A DNA stretch of 64,000 nucleotides from Flavobacteriales bacterium (GTDB taxonomy: Bacteria; Bacteroidota; Bacteroidia; Flavobacteriales; BACL11). Below are positions 42,835-50,313 of the stretch, piece by piece (position 1 is the stretch's first letter; the number at the start of each line of letters is the position of its first letter). The notes beneath the pieces were generated by a model. It saw only the letters and a program-made list of their open reading frames with translations. It did not search any database and had not been told where the DNA came from. The stretch covers positions 33,124-97,123 of the forward strand of contig CANNBA010000001.1 of the NCBI GenBank assembly GCA_947502765.1, given 5' to 3'. The position numbers and the translations under genes were made by a program.

Positions 42835-44217
42835 ATGATAAAAAAATTACTTATTTTACTTTTGATTCCATTTATCGGATTAGGACAGAACCCTAATTAT
42901 TCCGAACATGTTGCCCCAATAATCTATAATAAGTGCCTAAAATGCCATCACAATGGAGGAATAGCTACTTTATCACTAGAAACATATGCTAATACAGTCT
43001 CTAATGTAGGGATGATACAGCATGTCACAAGTACTGGAGAAATGCCACCATGGCCTCCAGACACATTATATCAAAATTATGCCTACCAGAATACCTTAAG
43101 TTTAAGTGAAATCACCACAATTATCGATTGGATCTCAAATGGCTCTCCACTTGGAAATACTGCATTATTACCAACAATGCCAACATTTTCTAATACCTCA
43201 CCATTTGGAACGCCTGATTTAGAGTTACAAATGCCCACATACGCAAGTACAGCAACTACAAACTCAGATGATTATGTATGTTTCTCAATTCCAACTGGTT
43301 TATTACAAACCCGAAAATTAAGAGCTATTGAAGTCATTCCAGGAAATTTGCAGACCGTACATCATGTATTAGTTTCAATAGATCTATTTCCAAATTCTTC
43401 AATTATCACCACAGCTAACTGTATGGGTCCGCAAGGAGATATGATTTATACTTATGCACCTGGAGCATTGCCATTAATTTTTCCTAATCTTGCTAATAAT
43501 TCTTTTGGAGTAGAATTACCTGCAAACAGTAGCGTTTCACTTGCAATGCATTACCCTGAAGGAAGTCTTGGACAGTTAGACAGTACTAAAGTTAGATTCT
43601 ATTTTTATCCTCAAAGCACAGTAATTAGAGAAATTTCAAGTGATTTTTTAATTAATGAAGGTTTGTTTGGACCACCATTTTATTTACCTCCAAATCAGAT
43701 TACAGAAATTACAGGTTCTTATGGCCCAATACCAGTAGATGTTTCTTTGATGTCAGTATTTCCACACATGCACCTTTTAGGAAAAGACATAATTTGTTAT
43801 GCAGTTACACCTACCAATGACACCATAAATTTAATAAAAATAAATCATTGGGATTTTGAGTGGCAAGGAACTTATTTATTTGAGAAATTTATTAAAATAC
43901 CATCTGGAAGTATGATATACGCTAAAGGAAATTATGATAACAATACTCCTTTGATGGTACAATCAGGATTCAACACCACAAATGAGATGTTTATTGTTGG
44001 TTTTCAATATCTTCCATACCAATTTGGTGATGAGAATATCTCCATTGAAACTCCATCAATTGCTACAAACACCAATTCAGTTATAGTAAATTCATCAAGA
44101 AAAAAGCTGCTTAAAATATCAGATGTTACTGGTAAAGAAGTGTACTACAAAAAAAATACACCTCTATTGTACATTTATGATGATGGCACAGTAGAAAAAA
44201 GACTAACCATAGAATAA
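42835..44217 (+). CDS. Exported CxxCH-domain / PHM-DBH-like copper monooxygenase with short C-terminal sorting-like tail
   Basis: Signal peptide MIKKLLILLLIPFIGLGQ. CLKCH plus EMPPW. Copper ligand set VHHVLV, LAMHYP, FPHMHLLGK and TTNEMF in canonical order. Tail LLYIYDDGTVEKRLTIE. The ATG at 42835 is preferred over 42805. Confidence 0.7.
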   Translation: MIKKLLILLLIPFIGLGQNPNYSEHVAPIIYNKCLKCHHNGGIATLSLETYANTVSNVGMIQHVTSTGEMPPWPPDTLYQNYAYQNTLSLSEITTIIDWISNGSPLGNTALLPTMPTFSNTSPFGTPDLELQMPTYASTATTNSDDYVCFSIPTGLLQTRKLRAIEVIPGNLQTVHHVLVSIDLFPNSSIITTANCMGPQGDMIYTYAPGALPLIFPNLANNSFGVELPANSSVSLAMHYPEGSLGQLDSTKVRFYFYPQSTVIREISSDFLINEGLFGPPFYLPPNQITEITGSYGPIPVDVSLMSVFPHMHLLGKDIICYAVTPTNDTINLIKINHWDFEWQGTYLFEKFIKIPSGSMIYAKGNYDNNTPLMVQSGFNTTNEMFIVGFQYLPYQFGDENISIETPSIATNTNSVIVNSSRKKLLKISDVTGKEVYYKKNTPLLYIYDDGTVEKRLTIE

Positions 44218-44219
44218 TT

Positions 44220-45422
44220 ATGAGTACATACATAATAGATGCAATTCGAACTCCAATTGGTAATTTTGGTGGCAGCCTAAAAGATGTACGAGCTGATGAT
44301 TTAGGAGCAATTCCAATAAAAGAACTTTTAAAAAGAACAGGAATTGATGCTTCTAAAATTGATGATGTAATTTTGGGCTGTGCCAATCAAGCTGGAGAAG
44401 ATAACCGAAATGTAGCTCGTATGTCTTTACTACTGGCTGGCTTACCATTTTCAGTACCTGGAGAAACCGTTAACCGCTTATGTGCTTCAGGAATGTCGGC
44501 AGTTATACATGCTCATAGAGCTATTGCAGCTGGTGATGGCGATTTATTTATAGCTGGTGGTGTTGAAAACATGACAAGAGGACCTTGGGTAATCTCAAAA
44601 GCCTCTAAACCTTTTGCTAGAGATATGCAGATGTATGATTCCTCTTTTGGTTGGAGATTCATAAACCCAAAAATGAAGGCTCTTTATGGAGTTGAGGGGA
44701 TGGGGAATACGGCTGAGAATTTAGCAGAAAAATACAATATCTCTCGTGAGGATCAAGATATGTTTGCTTACCATTCACAAATGAAAGCTGCTAAAGCACA
44801 AAGTGAAGGAAGATTTAATAGTGAGATTGTTGCTGTAGAAATTCCTCAAAGAAAAGGCGATCCAATTATTTTCAATCAGGATGAGTTTATAAAAGGGAAT
44901 ACTTCATTAGAAGTTCTAGCCAAATTACGCCCAGCATTTAAAACAGAAGCAGGTACTGTTACTGCAGGAAATGCCTCAGGCCTTAATGATGGAGCTGCTG
45001 CAATGTTATTAGCATCTGACAAAGGGGTAAAAGAAAACAACCTCACTCCTATTGCAAAAATTATAAGCTCAGCAGTTGTAGGTGTGGAGCCAAGAATTAT
45101 GGGCATAGGACCTGTAAAAGCAGCTAACAAAGCACTTGAAAAAGCAGGATTAAAAATGAAAGATATGGATGTTATTGAATTAAATGAAGCTTTTTCAGCT
45201 CAAGCCCTGGCTTGCATCCGAGAATGGGGACTTGAAGATAACGACCCAAGAATTAACCCAAATGGTGGAGCAATTGCTCTTGGGCATCCACTTGGGGTAA
45301 GTGGAACAAGAATTTTACAAACTGCTGCTATTGAACTTCAAAAGCAACATAAAAAATATGCCTTAGTAACTATGTGTATAGGTGTTGGGCAAGGCTATGC
45401 AACTATAATTGAAAGCGTGTAA
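44220..45422 (+). CDS. paaJ: 3-oxoadipyl-CoA / 3-oxo-5,6-dehydrosuberyl-CoA thiolase PaaJ
   Basis: 400 aa thiolase. NRLCASGMSA (active Cys), NEAFSAQ, GHPLGVSG and CIGVGQG. Confidence 0.85.
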   Translation: MSTYIIDAIRTPIGNFGGSLKDVRADDLGAIPIKELLKRTGIDASKIDDVILGCANQAGEDNRNVARMSLLLAGLPFSVPGETVNRLCASGMSAVIHAHRAIAAGDGDLFIAGGVENMTRGPWVISKASKPFARDMQMYDSSFGWRFINPKMKALYGVEGMGNTAENLAEKYNISREDQDMFAYHSQMKAAKAQSEGRFNSEIVAVEIPQRKGDPIIFNQDEFIKGNTSLEVLAKLRPAFKTEAGTVTAGNASGLNDGAAAMLLASDKGVKENNLTPIAKIISSAVVGVEPRIMGIGPVKAANKALEKAGLKMKDMDVIELNEAFSAQALACIREWGLEDNDPRINPNGGAIALGHPLGVSGTRILQTAAIELQKQHKKYALVTMCIGVGQGYATIIESV

Positions 45423-46015
45423 TGATTTATCAATTTAACGGATATAAACCAGTTATCGATCCTAGTGCTTTTGTACATAAGGAGGCAACCATTATTGGCA
45501 ATGTAATTATCGGAAAAAATGTATATATTGGTCCTGGAGCATCACTTAGAGGAGATTGGGGACAAATTACTATTAAAGATGGTTGCAATGTTCAGGACAA
45601 TTGTATTATTCATATTTTTCCTGGAAAAGATGTGATATTACAGGAAAATGCTCATATTGGCCATGGTGCCATTATTCATGGAGCAAATATTGGTAAAAAT
45701 GCTATGATTGGGATGAATGCGGTAGTAATGGATGATGCCAATGTTGGGGATGAGTGTATTGTTGGGGCTTTATGTTTTGTAAAAGCAGAAATGCAGATTC
45801 CTAGCAGGAAGATTGTGGTGGGCAATCCTGCTCAAATAAAAGGGGATGTTTCTGATGATATGATAAACTGGAAAAGTAAAGGAACTCAGTTGTATCAGCA
45901 ATTACCCAAAGAATGTAAAACTTTAATGAAGCAGTGCACCCCACTTTCTAAAATTGAAAAAAACAGAAAGGAAAAACAAAAAATAACTTTTGAAACTTGG
46001 AAAAAAATAAAATAA
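45422..46015 (+). CDS. paaY: PaaY-like hexapeptide-repeat protein (gamma-carbonic-anhydrase fold)
   Basis: Left-handed beta-helix hexapeptide repeats (IGNVIIGKNVYIGPGASLRGD...) in paa context. TAATG overlap with paaJ. Confidence 0.75.
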   Translation: MIYQFNGYKPVIDPSAFVHKEATIIGNVIIGKNVYIGPGASLRGDWGQITIKDGCNVQDNCIIHIFPGKDVILQENAHIGHGAIIHGANIGKNAMIGMNAVVMDDANVGDECIVGALCFVKAEMQIPSRKIVVGNPAQIKGDVSDDMINWKSKGTQLYQQLPKECKTLMKQCTPLSKIEKNRKEKQKITFETWKKIK

Positions 46016-46016
46016 T

Positions 46017-46127
46017 ATGAAAAAACTACTACTTGTATTACTTGCTTTGCCTTTGCTATTTAGCTCTTGCATTACAAAGAAAAAAGGATGTGATGGTTTG
46101 AAAGAAAATTTAACTTTAAAACAATAG
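46017..46127 (+). CDS. Possible 36-aa micro-lipoprotein (not in ORF track)
   Basis: ATG at 46017 gives MKKLLLVLLALPLLFSSC ITKKKGCDGLKENLTLKQ*, with a perfect lipobox. The first 18 nt are identical to the start of the next gene at 46147. Confidence 0.3.
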   Translation: MKKLLLVLLALPLLFSSCITKKKGCDGLKENLTLKQ

Positions 46128-46146
46128 ATTAACAATAAAAAACATT

Positions 46147-47505
46147 ATGAAAAAACTACTACTTATTTTAACTTTTGCATTTTCGGTTTTTTTTGCAAAT
46201 GCTCAATGCGCTCCGGACCCTCAATATACAGCTGCAGGTATTTATCCTGATAGTGCTACTGGGCTTTTACCTGCATATGTTGGGCTAGCCTATAATCAAA
46301 ATATTACAATAATTACACCTACTGATACAGTGGTTGATGTGTTTGGGCAAATGCTTCCGGTAACTATTGATAGTATTAATTTAACTAATGTTATAGGACT
46401 TCCTGCTAGTTTCGCTTACTCTTGTGACCCTACTAGTTGCTCTTTTCCTGGAGGTACTATTAAATGTGCTGCACTTTCTTCAGCTGCTCCAACATCTTCT
46501 GAAGTAGGATTGCATCAAATAATATTTGAAACAACAACATATTTGAGTAATGTTCCATTTATTGGAACAACGACACAAAATGATGTTTTTTATTATTATC
46601 TAGAGATTTTTGGGACAACAACTACAACTTGGAATTGTATTAATGGAAACTGTGTAGACCCAGGAGATGGAAGCGGACAATATTGGAATCAAAATGCTTG
46701 TTTAGCAAATTGTGGAGTTCCAACTGGACCAACTACCTATGTGCCAGACAATAACTTTGAATCCTATTTAGAGATAAATGGAATGGGAGATGGTATTTGG
46801 CTTAACGACTCTGTATCAACAGCTAATATTAATACCGCTACCTATTTAAATGTAAATAATCAAAGTATTGCCGACTTAACAGGAATAGAAGATTTTACTA
46901 CATTAACTACTTTGAATTGTAGTGGGAATCAACTCAGCAGCTTGGATGTAAGTCAAAATACTGCTTTAGATACTTTGGTGTGTGCTGATAATCACCTCAC
47001 CAGCCTTGATATAAGTCAAAATACTGTTTTAACTATTTTGTCTTGTGATTTGAATCAACTCACCAGCCTTAATGTAAGTCAAAATACTGCTTTAACTAAT
47101 TTGGATTGTTGGAATAATCAACTCACCAGCCTTAATCTAAGTCAAAATACTGCTTTAATTCGTTTGATGTGTGATGATAATCAACTCAGCAGCTTAGATG
47201 TAAGAAATGGGAATAATACTAACTTTCAATATTTTTATGCTTCTTCAAACCCTAATCTATATTGTATAGATGTAGATGATGATGCTTTTAGTACTTTTAA
47301 TTGGACAAGCTCTAATTATTTTGGTTTTGACTCACAACACTACTTCAGTAATAACTGTAACCCTTCTGCAATACAAGAACAAACTACCAACAAAGAACTG
47401 CTAAAAGTAACTGACCTCTTAGGTAGAGAAACAAAAGCCACTAACCAACTTCTCTTTTACATCTATAATGATGGAACAGTAGAGAAAAAAGTAATTATTG
47501 AATAA
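46147..47505 (+). CDS. Exported leucine-rich-repeat protein with one 4-Cys module and short C-terminal sorting-like tail
   Basis: Signal peptide MKKLLLILTFAFSVFFANAQ. TWNCINGNCVDPGDGSGQYWNQNACLANCG. About five 21-aa LRRs (LDxSQNTALTxLxCxxNQLTSL). Tail LLGRE..FYIYNDGTVEKKVIIE. Confidence 0.7.
   Translation: MKKLLLILTFAFSVFFANAQCAPDPQYTAAGIYPDSATGLLPAYVGLAYNQNITIITPTDTVVDVFGQMLPVTIDSINLTNVIGLPASFAYSCDPTSCSFPGGTIKCAALSSAAPTSSEVGLHQIIFETTTYLSNVPFIGTTTQNDVFYYYLEIFGTTTTTWNCINGNCVDPGDGSGQYWNQNACLANCGVPTGPTTYVPDNNFESYLEINGMGDGIWLNDSVSTANINTATYLNVNNQSIADLTGIEDFTTLTTLNCSGNQLSSLDVSQNTALDTLVCADNHLTSLDISQNTVLTILSCDLNQLTSLNVSQNTALTNLDCWNNQLTSLNLSQNTALIRLMCDDNQLSSLDVRNGNNTNFQYFYASSNPNLYCIDVDDDAFSTFNWTSSNYFGFDSQHYFSNNCNPSAIQEQTTNKELLKVTDLLGRETKATNQLLFYIYNDGTVEKKVIIE
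46876..47196 (+). repeat. In-frame 63-nt tandem coding repeats (LRR units)
   Basis: AGTCAAAATACTGCTTTA...CAACTCACCAGCCTT recurs with a 63-nt period inside 46147-47505. Confidence 0.8.
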
Positions 47506-47506
47506 A

Positions 47507-49555
47507 ATGATACATTACCAGAATTACGCATTAGGAAAATGGATAAAAGGTGATGGAGAAGGAACACCACTTTTTAATGCTATTACAGGTAATGAAATAG
47601 GAAGAGCATCCTCACAAGGATTGGATTTTGCTGAAATGATGGATTATGCTCGTAAAGTTGGGTCGCCTGCTCTAAGAAAAATGACTTTTCAACAAAGAGG
47701 ATTGATGTTAAAAGCATTAGCACTTCATTTGCATAATGTAAAAAATAAATTTTATCCTTTAAGTGCACAAACTGGAGCAACAAAATTAGATTCTTGGATT
47801 GATATAGAAGGAGGAATTGGAAATATTTTTACCAATGCCTCCTTAAGAAAAAACTTCCCCGATCTACCCTATCATATAGATGGAAATGCCGCTCCCCTAT
47901 CTAAAAACGGAACTTTTATTGGACATCATATCATGACTCCAAAACAAGGAGTTGCCATACATATTAACGCCTTTAACTTTCCAATTTGGGGAATGCTTGA
48001 AAAAATTGCAGTCAATTTAATGGCTGGAGTTCCCTCTATTGTAAAACCGGCCACTCTTACTTGTTTCCTTACTGAGATGATGGTGCGTGAAATTGTAGAT
48101 TCTAAAATTTTACCACCAGCAAGTTTGCAGCTCATTTGTGGTAGTGCAAATGGCATTTTGGACTCTGTTACTGCTGAAGATGTAGTTACTTTTACTGGAA
48201 GTGCTTCCACTGGCAAAGTGTTAAAATCGCATCCAAGATTAATTCAAGAGGCAGTTCCATTTAATATGGAGGCAGACTCTCTTAACTGCTCAGTACTTGG
48301 AGAAGATGCAGTTCCTGGCACTCCAGAGTTTGATATTTTCATAAAAGAAGTTCAAAAAGAAATTACGGTAAAAGCAGGCCAAAAATGCACTGCAGTTCGT
48401 AGGATTATAGTTCCTGAAAAATTAGTAGAAGACGTCCAAATTGCACTCGGAAAAAGGCTCTCACAAACCATTATTGGCGACCCTGCAGTTGAAGGAGTAA
48501 GAATGGGCTCTTTAGCAGGAAAGCAGCAAAAAATAGAAGTAACTGAAAAAGTAAAACAACTTGCTCAAACTCAAGAAATAATTTACGGAAGTTTAGAAGA
48601 ATTTGAAGTGATAGGTGCTGATAAAAATAAAGGAGCTTTTATCTCCCCTATCCTATTTTTAAATGATGATCCCTTTAATAAAACCGATTGTCATAACATT
48701 GAAGCTTTCGGCCCTGTTGCTACTATTTTGCCTTACAAAACCCTAGCTGAAGCCATTGAGCTCTCTAGAATGGGCAAAGGTTCTTTGGTCTGTTCTATCA
48801 TCACCAATGATATGAAAATTGCTGAAGAATTTGTTTTAGGAGCTGCCTCTATGCACGGCAGAATTTTGGTGCTTAATGAGGCTTGTGCTAAGGAAAGTAC
48901 AGGGCATGGTTCTCCTATGCCATTACTTACCCATGGTGGGCCAGGTCGTGCAGGTGGTGGTGAAGAAATGGGTGGAGTTAGAGGAATAAAACATTATTTG
49001 CAAAGAACTGCAATACAAGGACATCCTACCACAATTACCGCACTTACTAAACAGTATCAAGTGGGTGGAGCTCAGAATACTGCTGGGCCTCATATTTTTA
49101 GAAAACACTTTGAAGAAATTGAAATTGGCGATACCGTAATTACCGATAAACATTTGGTGACATTGGATAATATTGAAGCTTTTGCCGAGTTGAGTGGCGA
49201 TAAATTCTATGCTCATATGGATGAAAATTCTTTGGATGGAACCATATTTACTGAGCGCGTAGCACACGGTTATTTCATTTTGAGTAAAGCCGCTGGTTTA
49301 TTTGTTGATCCTGCCAAAGGACCGGTATTACTAAATTATGGGATTGATGAGTGCCGGTTTACCAAACCTGTGTACCCAGGGATGACAGTTGGAGTTCGTT
49401 TTACAGCAAAAGAAAAAATAAGCCAAGAAAAGAGAGAGGATAGCGATATTGCAAAAGGAATTGTAAAATTCTTGGTAGATGTATATGATGATGAGGGAGA
49501 CACAGTAATGTTAGCCACCATTTTAACTATGGTAAAAAAATTAAACCAAAAATGA
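47507..49555 (+). CDS. paaZ: Bifunctional oxepin-CoA hydrolase / 3-oxo-5,6-dehydrosuberyl-CoA semialdehyde dehydrogenase PaaZ
   Basis: Collinear with E. coli PaaZ as recalled: SAQTGAT..DSWIDIEGGIG, HINAFNFPIWGMLEK, EADSLNC, KAGQKCTA.RRIIVP, ESTGHGSP.P...HGGPGRAGGGEE, and a MaoC part SGDKFYAHMD. Confidence 0.9.
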   Translation: MIHYQNYALGKWIKGDGEGTPLFNAITGNEIGRASSQGLDFAEMMDYARKVGSPALRKMTFQQRGLMLKALALHLHNVKNKFYPLSAQTGATKLDSWIDIEGGIGNIFTNASLRKNFPDLPYHIDGNAAPLSKNGTFIGHHIMTPKQGVAIHINAFNFPIWGMLEKIAVNLMAGVPSIVKPATLTCFLTEMMVREIVDSKILPPASLQLICGSANGILDSVTAEDVVTFTGSASTGKVLKSHPRLIQEAVPFNMEADSLNCSVLGEDAVPGTPEFDIFIKEVQKEITVKAGQKCTAVRRIIVPEKLVEDVQIALGKRLSQTIIGDPAVEGVRMGSLAGKQQKIEVTEKVKQLAQTQEIIYGSLEEFEVIGADKNKGAFISPILFLNDDPFNKTDCHNIEAFGPVATILPYKTLAEAIELSRMGKGSLVCSIITNDMKIAEEFVLGAASMHGRILVLNEACAKESTGHGSPMPLLTHGGPGRAGGGEEMGGVRGIKHYLQRTAIQGHPTTITALTKQYQVGGAQNTAGPHIFRKHFEEIEIGDTVITDKHLVTLDNIEAFAELSGDKFYAHMDENSLDGTIFTERVAHGYFILSKAAGLFVDPAKGPVLLNYGIDECRFTKPVYPGMTVGVRFTAKEKISQEKREDSDIAKGIVKFLVDVYDDEGDTVMLATILTMVKKLNQK

Positions 49556-50313
49556 AAATGACAGAATATGTACATTTAAATACCGAAAATGGAATAGGAA
49601 CTATTGAGTTTTTTCATCATCAATCTAACTCCCTACCTGGGCTTATACTAGCAGAATTAGCCAATGCTATAACAAAGGGGGGAAAAGATAATGCCATCAA
49701 AGTAATCGTACTTAAAAGCGCTGGTGATAAAGCATTTTGCGCAGGCGCTTCTTTTGATGAGTTAGTAGCAATTAATAATGAAGCCTCTGGTAAACAATTC
49801 TTCTCTGGTTTTGCCAATGTGATAAATGCAGCTCGTAAATGCCCTAAATTTATTATTGGACGTGTACAAGGTAAAGCAGTTGGTGGTGGTGTTGGTATGG
49901 CAGCTGCAACAGATTATTGCTTTGCTACCCAATTTGCAGGAGCTAAATTATCTGAACTTGCCATTGGAATTGGTCCTTTTGTAGTTGGCCCTGCTGTTGA
50001 GCGTAAAATAGGAACTGCTGCTTTTTCTGCAATGACTATAAATGCCACTAAATGGTTTGAGGCTTCTTGGGCAAGAGAAAAAGGGCTTTACACTGAAGTA
50101 TTTGATACAATAGCGGAAATGGATATTGGAATTGAAAAATTAGCTACTACCCTTTCCTCTTCAAATCCTGAAGCAATGGAGGGTTTAAAGAAAATAATGT
50201 GGCAAGGAACTGATCATTGGGACGAACTTTTAATGGAAAGAGCTACAAGTAGTGGAAAATTGGTTTTATCTGATTTTACTAAAAATGCTATAGCAAAGTT
50301 TAAAGCAAAATAA
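49552..50313 (+). CDS. Enoyl-CoA hydratase/isomerase family protein (candidate PaaF role)
   Basis: Crotonase-fold motifs KAFCAGASFDEL, GKAVGGGVGMAAA and LSELAIGIGP. Overlaps the paaZ stop. Confidence 0.65.
   Translation: MKMTEYVHLNTENGIGTIEFFHHQSNSLPGLILAELANAITKGGKDNAIKVIVLKSAGDKAFCAGASFDELVAINNEASGKQFFSGFANVINAARKCPKFIIGRVQGKAVGGGVGMAAATDYCFATQFAGAKLSELAIGIGPFVVGPAVERKIGTAAFSAMTINATKWFEASWAREKGLYTEVFDTIAEMDIGIEKLATTLSSSNPEAMEGLKKIMWQGTDHWDELLMERATSSGKLVLSDFTKNAIAKFKAK

Noticed and set aside
46876-47196. 63-nt tandem DNA repeats
   Set aside because: These are in-frame leucine-rich repeats of the 46147-47505 protein, not a non-coding array.
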